NCBI GenBank assembly: GCA_034120015.1
Contig: JAXEIF010000005.1
Location: forward strand, 7,467 to 71,466
DNA: 64,000 bases
Reading direction: 5' to 3'
Origin: Spirochaetia bacterium
Lineage (GTDB): Bacteria; Spirochaetota; Spirochaetia; JAFGXN01
Shown here: one piece after another, positions 57,409-64,000 of the stretch
How positions within the stretch are numbered: the stretch's first letter is position 1
Layout: every line of letters begins with the position of its first letter
The notes under the pieces: generated by a model
Told to the model about the DNA's origin: nothing
Seen by the model: only the letters and a program-made list of their open reading frames with translations
The model's database searches: none
Made by a program: the position numbers and the translations under genes

Positions 57409-58602
57409 TTATTTATTGATTGCTTCGGGAATCAGACCGGTCCAGACAGGATCCGAATCAAGCCGGCAGTTCCAGTCCATCTGGGCGAATGTCCAGTTCT
57501 GTCCCCAAACCTGAAATTCTTTGTCAATGATACTGAATGCGCTGATGCGGATATTCACACCGACACCCATTCCGAATTTCAGGGTCAGATTTTGGTCGGA
57601 AGTGACGGCACCCGCTGTCAGATCGATTTCGGCATTGCCCGTGTAATCGGCCGACAGGAATTCGCGAGCCTGCAGATTGGCCCCCAAAACACCGTACAGC
57701 ATAATTCCGACCTTTTCGTTAACTCCGACGCCGGCATTGGCTTTCGCATTGACGGAAATCGGTTCGACTTCGGGAAGACCGGCATCAAAATATTTTTTGG
57801 TTGTCCAGTTTTCGTTTTCATAAACGGCACCGGCACCGAAAGCAATTGTTTCGGAAATTATCAGAGTTGCCCGAACGCTGGCATTAAAGTTGGCATCGAG
57901 TCCGACTTCGATAATCGGTTGAAAAATGATAGGGACAGGTCCGGCCATAACCGTAATCACGTTATAATTATATTCGAACAGAGGAACATACGAGCTGTAG
58001 CTGACCGAAGCGGACAACGCAATATTCATTTCGGCCTTTAAAGAAGCTTCAAGCTCGATCACAAATTTCTGGAGTTCGAAATTGGTAATATCGATATCAA
58101 AATTGAGATACGGATCGATGTACAATTTTCCGTTCAAATCCAATCCGGCATCGTAAGCCGATTCGGAATCTTCGACAAAATCGGCAATCCGTTTGGTTCC
58201 CAAATCGATCACAAACGGATTTTCGGGGTCCAATGTCACTCCGCGGGCCAGAGGTTTTGCGGACACGATATCGGATTCTTTCAGCTGATATGTTGACTTA
58301 AATTTTAAATCTTTGACCGCATTGGCCAATTGGGTATCCTTTACGCGATAAACCCCGTTACTGACGGAATCGACCGCCAGCAGACGCCCGCCGGGCATAT
58401 TTTCACCGTTTTTTACAATAATATATTTGGCTCCGCTGTAATCGTTTGCCAATTTGAGCTCTCCCGCCGATGCATCAAATGCCACGACCTCACTGCTTTC
58501 GACAACGACCGTGTCTTTACTCAGAGTCCCTTCGCTTTTGACATAATCGGCCGTACAGCCGATCATTGAAAAAACCGCCAAGAAAATCAATAATTTTTTC
58601 AT
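57409..58602 (-). CDS. Hypothetical lipoprotein (397 aa)
   Basis: Lipobox 'SMIGC'. It is beta-rich with no recognised motif. Confidence 0.5.
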   Translation of the reverse strand: MKKLLIFLAVFSMIGCTADYVKSEGTLSKDTVVVESSEVVAFDASAGELKLANDYSGAKYIIVKNGENMPGGRLLAVDSVSNGVYRVKDTQLANAVKDLKFKSTYQLKESDIVSAKPLARGVTLDPENPFVIDLGTKRIADFVEDSESAYDAGLDLNGKLYIDPYLNFDIDITNFELQKFVIELEASLKAEMNIALSASVSYSSYVPLFEYNYNVITVMAGPVPIIFQPIIEVGLDANFNASVRATLIISETIAFGAGAVYENENWTTKKYFDAGLPEVEPISVNAKANAGVGVNEKVGIMLYGVLGANLQAREFLSADYTGNAEIDLTAGAVTSDQNLTLKFGMGVGVNIRISAFSIIDKEFQVWGQNWTFAQMDWNCRLDSDPVWTGLIPEAINK

Positions 58603-58677
58603 AACTGTCTCCTTAATAACTATAATCCCACGTTTTTACCGCTTTGTCAATGTTTTTATCAAAAAGCCGACGATTTT

Positions 58678-61677
58678 TTACGGAACAATAATGATTCCGT
58701 GCGTCTTTTCCGTCCCGCCGTCACGCGTATAAAGGAACATTTTCGTACGATGGGAAAATGTCGCATGTCCGTTTTCATAAAAACCGAGTATATCACACCA
58801 ATCCTGCTGATAAAAACGGTAACTGGGACACGAATGGCCGACGGATGTCCGTCCGTCGCAATCGGAAATCCAGCGGTTTCCCCGGAACAAAAACGATTCG
58901 CCCGCACTGTTTTGAACAGGTGTATCGCTGTTACTGGCGGCCCGATCCCAGCAATTATCAAGCAGAGCATGAATATCAACCGTTCCCGGATAATCACCCT
59001 TTACAGTGATCGCACTCTGCCTTTTCAGTTTTTCCGGGAAAGAAACCGAATCGGCCTTCGCCGTAATACCGACGTAATAATCCTTTTTGCTCTTTGTAAA
59101 AAGATACAAATAAGCAATTCCCCCCGATATTTTCAGACGGCGACCGTCCCCGTTAAAATGAAAATAATCCAGCAGCGTCGAACGGTTCTTTGTCGGCCAA
59201 TCGTTTTCGGGCCAATCGGCATTCCAAACACGGTAATAAAAAGCAGCGCCGCCTCCGCCGATCGGAACCTTTCCTCCTTCACCGAAAGAATCATCACCCA
59301 AATTGAATCTGCTCTGAAGCCCTCCGATTTCAATCAGAACATCTCTAAGCCACTCCGAATCGGAAAGCTCCCGCATTCCGCCGGCTTTGGCCGTAGCGAC
59401 AGAATAAATCAGGTTACCTCTGACATCGGACGGATCCGTTTTCCAGCCGCGCCCGGATTTTTCCGTAACGGGACGAATCTGAAAATACCACATATAGGCC
59501 GTCTTCAGCGGCCGTCCTTCCCACACCGTGTAAGAATATCCGTTCCGTACTTCCGCAAGAAGATTTTCCAATGAGGCAAAAGAAGAATCCCGGCTGCTGT
59601 AAATTTGATAATAATCGGCATTCTCCGTCGGTTTCCAATTCAGTTCAATCCGGTCCGAATAGTCACGCACGGAAGCCGTAAAATTTTCGACAGCGGGGAA
59701 ATCACGACATAACTGAATGATTTCGGTTTCGGGAGCATCCTCCGGTGAGGCCGTCACCTCACCGTCTTCACTGATACGGGCCGGCACCAGTTTATAGAAC
59801 GAAATCCCGTACGGCACCGTGATAAATTCATTTTCGTTCACAGGTCCCACGCGTTCCCATTCTTTTCCGTTGCGGTAATCCGACCGGTAAAGAATCATGG
59901 CATTGGAATATCCTTTATCTTTTTGTGTATGCTGCCAGCGAAGAGTATATTTTTCGCCGGAAAAATCATCATCGCTTTTATCGGACAAAACAGTGATTCC
60001 GTCATAATTAAATACGGAAACATAGCGCTTCACTACCGATTCCAATCCGTCATATATGACGGCAAAATCAAGCGGATATTGACCGGGAGCAGTCATATCA
60101 AGAATTCCGGCTTCAGTCAGACGCGCTTCCAGATCTTTGCCGCCGTCATAAGGAACCGTTACGGGAGTTCCGTCGTTCAGACGCGTTCCCCGAATCTCAA
60201 TTCTGTAATCACTTTCGGGCAGAGCTTCTCCGTTTCCGTCAACACCCTCCGGCGTCGGCAGAAACGATTTTTCGGCAGATCGGGAATAGTAACCGTAGAC
60301 TACAGATTTCGTTTCCTTTCCTTTGATATAAAATTTCAGCCGGGCGGGAGCCCCCGATTTCATCACGACTTTCCGCCAGTAATGACATAAATTACCGCTG
60401 CGGTCGGCTGCCGAATAACGGATAAAATAAACATCACCGCGCCGGGCTGCCGGATCGGGAAACAATGAAATCGATTCGATTTCATTGTTGTCTTCGTTGT
60501 ACCGAAAAAAAGAGGTTTGAACACGACTCCATAAAAGGTCTTTGTCGCAGTTATCATCGATTCGGGGAAAGCGTTTTCCGACATCAGCCGGTTCGGCAAA
60601 CTTTTGCCCGGCATTCAGTTCATACGTATTTTCCGGTGCCGCATCGAATGCCTCCTGCCAGGTCAAAGCCGCCGGCAACGGTGTATCGGCAGACGGATTT
60701 CCCAATGTCAAAACAGGCGGCTGCTTGTCGACCAGCATCAGTGTCCGACAGGTAAAAGCTTCGATTGCGGCGGCCGTTCCGTCTTTCGAATACCAGTAAC
60801 ATACGGATTTTGTTCCCGGAACATCAAAGGACGGAATTTTCGTACGGTGCAATCCCGAAACCGAAGAAATATCACCGCTCCACGTTTCGGTGCGCAGCAC
60901 TCCGTTTTCAATAAATTTGACGGTTCCGCCGCATTCGCGATATGTTTTTCCGACACCGGCTTCAACTGACAAAACCGCATCATCGGCAGCCGTTCCCGGC
61001 AATAAATCGCCGAAAGGATAACGGTTCAGTTCGATTTCAACAGAACGGACGGATCGGTTCCCGTAAAAGACAAGCCGGCTGACTGTTTGAGCGGCCTTTC
61101 CCGAATAGTCAAATCCGTTATAATCGATGCGGTACACACCGTAACCTTTCGACAGGACTGTTTTGACTTCGACAAATTCGTTTTGTTCCAAATCAAAGTA
61201 ATAGGCTGTTTTCGAAAGAAAATTATCCGGCATTAATCTGCCGTTTGAGTCGATGACAGATGCACCGGGATCAATAAAGATATCGGATGACAATCCTCCG
61301 GGCACCGACAGGGGGTTGTCACCTTTCGGTTGAATCACCGGCAATGCGGATGTCGGAAAAACGGGATCATCGCGTACAAAAATAACAATCTCGATTTCTT
61401 TGACAGTTCTTTTATACGCGATTCGATATTTCAAAGCATAGCGCCCCGCCGTTCCGGTATCCAAATATCCCGATATCAGCTCAATCTTTCCCGTCAGATC
61501 CTTTTCATCTTCCCCCCGGGCACTTAAAAAAGAAAAAATATTGAAAACGGTATTTTTTTCGATTGTTATCTCATAAATCGATGATTCGGCCTTTTCTCCG
61601 TTGTAAAAAAAAGAAACCGAATCGGAACAGGAAATCAAAAATAAAAAAATCAGTACCGGAAAATAATACTTTTTCAT
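58678..61677 (-). CDS. Very large surface lipoprotein (999 aa) of unknown function with FN3-like segments
   Basis: Lipobox 'LFLISC'. It has an FN3-like segment (…ENFTASVRDYSDRIELNWKPTENADYYQIYSS…) and a C-terminal Cys/Trp-rich domain (…FRGNRWISDCDGRTSVGHSCPSYRFYQQDWCD…). Confidence 0.55.
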   Translation of the reverse strand: MKKYYFPVLIFLFLISCSDSVSFFYNGEKAESSIYEITIEKNTVFNIFSFLSARGEDEKDLTGKIELISGYLDTGTAGRYALKYRIAYKRTVKEIEIVIFVRDDPVFPTSALPVIQPKGDNPLSVPGGLSSDIFIDPGASVIDSNGRLMPDNFLSKTAYYFDLEQNEFVEVKTVLSKGYGVYRIDYNGFDYSGKAAQTVSRLVFYGNRSVRSVEIELNRYPFGDLLPGTAADDAVLSVEAGVGKTYRECGGTVKFIENGVLRTETWSGDISSVSGLHRTKIPSFDVPGTKSVCYWYSKDGTAAAIEAFTCRTLMLVDKQPPVLTLGNPSADTPLPAALTWQEAFDAAPENTYELNAGQKFAEPADVGKRFPRIDDNCDKDLLWSRVQTSFFRYNEDNNEIESISLFPDPAARRGDVYFIRYSAADRSGNLCHYWRKVVMKSGAPARLKFYIKGKETKSVVYGYYSRSAEKSFLPTPEGVDGNGEALPESDYRIEIRGTRLNDGTPVTVPYDGGKDLEARLTEAGILDMTAPGQYPLDFAVIYDGLESVVKRYVSVFNYDGITVLSDKSDDDFSGEKYTLRWQHTQKDKGYSNAMILYRSDYRNGKEWERVGPVNENEFITVPYGISFYKLVPARISEDGEVTASPEDAPETEIIQLCRDFPAVENFTASVRDYSDRIELNWKPTENADYYQIYSSRDSSFASLENLLAEVRNGYSYTVWEGRPLKTAYMWYFQIRPVTEKSGRGWKTDPSDVRGNLIYSVATAKAGGMRELSDSEWLRDVLIEIGGLQSRFNLGDDSFGEGGKVPIGGGGAAFYYRVWNADWPENDWPTKNRSTLLDYFHFNGDGRRLKISGGIAYLYLFTKSKKDYYVGITAKADSVSFPEKLKRQSAITVKGDYPGTVDIHALLDNCWDRAASNSDTPVQNSAGESFLFRGNRWISDCDGRTSVGHSCPSYRFYQQDWCDILGFYENGHATFSHRTKMFLYTRDGGTEKTHGIIIVP

Positions 61678-61688
61678 CTTTATCTATT

Positions 61689-62463
61689 TTATAACGATTT
61701 CGTAAATTCGGCAATAACAAATCGCCGGACAACCGGTAACAACCCGATTTTTCCATGTGATTTTGCACGATACAACGCCGCATCGGCACGATGGTATAAT
61801 GTTTCGAACGTGTCCTGGGCCAAAACAGGGGTACAGCCGACGGAAATTCCCGGATTTCTGTCGGCATCGATTGACATCGGAACCCGGTTCGGATATACAA
61901 CAAAACGATTCAATCCATCGACAGCTTTCTCGAAAGACTCGCGGTTATACAAATAAACCGAAAATTCATCGAAACAAACCGGCTGAATGAAGCGGATTGC
62001 GAAGGAGAAAGCAGATCGGGGCCGCCGATAATGCTTTTCGAAATATTAAATTCGTATGAAGCGAGCACAACCGAAAGAGCTGCTTTCCGAAAATTCAGTT
62101 CATCGATATCGTAGACAGCCCCAATTCCGCGACAGACGCCGCTTTCATCTTTCAGGATTCGCCCCTGAACCCGGCGCCGCTCTTAAAAACGATTTCCGAA
62201 TAAAGAAAACGAACATACAGAATACTGCGCCGAATTTCATTTCGGATATCCCGATGTGTATACCCCTGATTCCGCATCAGTTCGATTTGCGAAGAAAAAG
62301 CCTCAATGTAATCATGTAAAACCGTCACACGGCCGTGAAAATAGAGTTCCCGGATATCGGCAAAGTCGCAGATCTGCCTGCGTATATGATCTTCCGGTCC
62401 ACCCGACAGAAAAGAGCGAAAAAGAATCGTTCCCGCAACGGTCAGCATAAAAACAGCCGGCAT
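61689..62463 (-). pseudogene. GGDEF-domain (diguanylate cyclase-like) gene remnant, interrupted by at least two frameshifts and carrying a degenerate active-site motif
   Basis: The homolog is spread over three minus-strand frames: frame b at 62463-62152 ending '…GFRGES*', a middle frame with 'YDIDELNFRK', and frame c with 'PVCFDEFSVYLYNRESFEKAVDGLNRFV…ISVGCTP…LYHRADAALYRAKSHGK'. These correspond to the GGDEF C-terminal motifs, with GG replaced by CF. Confidence 0.45.
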
Positions 62464-62569
62464 TTTTTCCGCAGTTTTGCTACGGTATCAGACTGAAAAG
62501 ACCGTTATATTTAATACGACTCAAAAACGACTCCCGTATGTCAGAATATCAAAAAAATCTGTTTTTATT

Positions 62570-64000
62570 TTAACTCATGCAGGGAAAAGAAACATGATTT
62601 TTTTTCCCGAAACTCATTGCGGCGAAATACCGGCCGCAACCGGGAACCGGCACTCCCGCCAGTACCGCATTCGGATAAAGCAGAGCCGCATCCGAAGACG
62701 AATCGTAAACGACACTCCATCGCCACCACCCGCCGGTCGTTTTGTCCTCCGAAACATAATCTCCCGGTGCTACAGAGGCCCGTGTTACCAACACCGGAAA
62801 TGCTCCGGAAACAATGCGTTCGCAGGCACAGCCGAACGCAGCCGCCGCCCCGGCCGCCTCGTCATCTCCCAGTTCAGGCCAGATTTGAATACGGCGACAA
62901 CCTTCTTCCGTTAACAGGCGGGCGGCAAATGCATTAACGGCCGGAAGCGGATGGGCAGCGGTCAAAACCGCATCTGCCGGATAACGAAAAGCCAGCTGAA
63001 AGAAAGATGTCAGCCGGAACCGTCGAATACCGCCGGCCGCCGCCTTGTCAATTCTCTCCTGAAAACCGGAAATATCCGGTTCGGTAACAAAAAAAGGAAG
63101 AACGGCTTCGTCTGTTTCGACTGTAATGTCATCGAGAGGATCGCTGCGCAGAGCCGGACTCCCGTCAGGTGTCCGGGAGTCTCCGAATACGGTGACAAGA
63201 TGATCTTCCTTCCGAACGCGTCCGAATGCGGCCGCATCTGCCGTCACCGTCACACGCCGCGGCTTTTCCCGTACAGGCGGATCTGTCCACAGCGCTTCCA
63301 ATTCCCGCCGCCACTGTTTTCTGACGGATACCGGTACAAAAAAATTTCCGGAAACAGAAGCCGTAACAGTTCCCGCTTTCCAGTCATTTCCGCCGCAATG
63401 CGCCAGAAGCATTTCCAAATCGCCTGCCGAGACAGCCGCCGTACGGGCCGGCTCCGCACAATAAGAAAAGAGCTTTTCTGTTTCGGGATGCCCCGTTACG
63501 GACACCCGCAAACCGTCGGCCGTCAGCACCGCGGTCAAAGGTATCGCTTTACGTTCGTCGAACCGCTTCATCCGTTCCAACGCTTCGGCCGATTTGCCGA
63601 TTTGAGAGCCGACACGGTACAAAAGTCCTTTTACGGATGATCGGAACGACATTCCGTTGTCTTTTTCCGCCGAACCGACCGTAAATGTGAACGTCCGACG
63701 GACGGGAACGAATGCGACGCTTCGTCCGTCGCATTCGATACGTGTTAAAGTCACAATTCCCGATCCGGTACTTTCCGGCAGGCGCAGTTTATCTCCGCGT
63801 CGTATTTCGGTGAGCGCACGCGCCTTCCAGCGGTTTCCGACAACCGATAAGGCTTCAGCTGCCGCCTCGCCGGCCTGCACCGACGGCTTTCCGAGCAGCG
63901 ATGTTCGACTGCCGCGGGAATAAAACCCGATACCCGACGGACGCACCGCACCGCCTTTGAGAATCCGCTCTGCCTCGTCTCTCAATTTTTTATCGGAGGC
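62570..64000 (-). CDS. Hypothetical protein, GC- and Ala/Arg-rich, probably extending past the window end
   Basis: The listed ORF start at 63985 is an alternative (TTG) start, and the frame stays open to 64000. Composition differs markedly from neighbouring genes. No motif was recognised. Confidence 0.45.
   Translation of the reverse strand, partial: ASDKKLRDEAERILKGGAVRPSGIGFYSRGSRTSLLGKPSVQAGEAAAEALSVVGNRWKARALTEIRRGDKLRLPESTGSGIVTLTRIECDGRSVAFVPVRRTFTFTVGSAEKDNGMSFRSSVKGLLYRVGSQIGKSAEALERMKRFDERKAIPLTAVLTADGLRVSVTGHPETEKLFSYCAEPARTAAVSAGDLEMLLAHCGGNDWKAGTVTASVSGNFFVPVSVRKQWRRELEALWTDPPVREKPRRVTVTADAAAFGRVRKEDHLVTVFGDSRTPDGSPALRSDPLDDITVETDEAVLPFFVTEPDISGFQERIDKAAAGGIRRFRLTSFFQLAFRYPADAVLTAAHPLPAVNAFAARLLTEEGCRRIQIWPELGDDEAAGAAAAFGCACERIVSGAFPVLVTRASVAPGDYVSEDKTTGGWWRWSVVYDSSSDAALLYPNAVLAGVPVPGCGRYFAAMSFGKKNHVSFPCMS

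Noticed and set aside
62152-62463. Stand-alone 103-aa ORF
   Set aside because: It is better explained as the N-terminal fragment of the frameshifted GGDEF-like pseudogene spanning 61689-62463.

Overview
The window looks like spirochaete (Treponema-like) chromosome: bacterial, roughly 50% GC, densely coding on both strands. Lineage hints are a class I lysyl-tRNA synthetase, groEL without an adjacent groES, split secD/secF plus yajC, methyl-accepting chemotaxis proteins, and many lipoproteins with a 'GC' lipobox. Three kinds of content are present. (1) Housekeeping genes: MCPs, secDF-yajC, pdxA, groEL, rsmA, comEC, lysK, ssb, trxA, glyQS, argR-argC-argB-argD with argG and a GNAT, rubrerythrin, corA, kdgK-eda. 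(2) A six-gene metabolic operon at about 12.8-18.1 kb: two paralogous unknown proteins flank a class III aminotransferase, a split transketolase and a VOC/glyoxalase protein. (3) A host-glycan (mucin-type) degradation island at about 18.1-35.4 kb. It encodes four paralogous GH16-like surface lipoproteins (two are recent tandem duplicates), a sulfatase-family lipoprotein with a non-canonical S-A-S-S-R active-site motif, a Big_2 lipoprotein, a GH20 beta-hexosaminidase and a GH95 fucosidase. A GH29 fucosidase lies at about 50 kb, and an FN3 plus formylglycine-generating-enzyme (FGE) domain protein and a 999-aa lipoprotein lie at about 54.6-61.7 kb. Other points of note: an 11-nt poly-C tract in the promoter of the first GH16 gene (candidate phase-variation switch), a structured leader that appears to sequester the corA Shine-Dalgarno, a multiply frameshifted GGDEF-like pseudogene, and several bidirectional intrinsic terminators. 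No rRNA, tRNA, CRISPR array or transposase was detected. All homology calls rest on motifs read by eye from the supplied translations, not on database searches.
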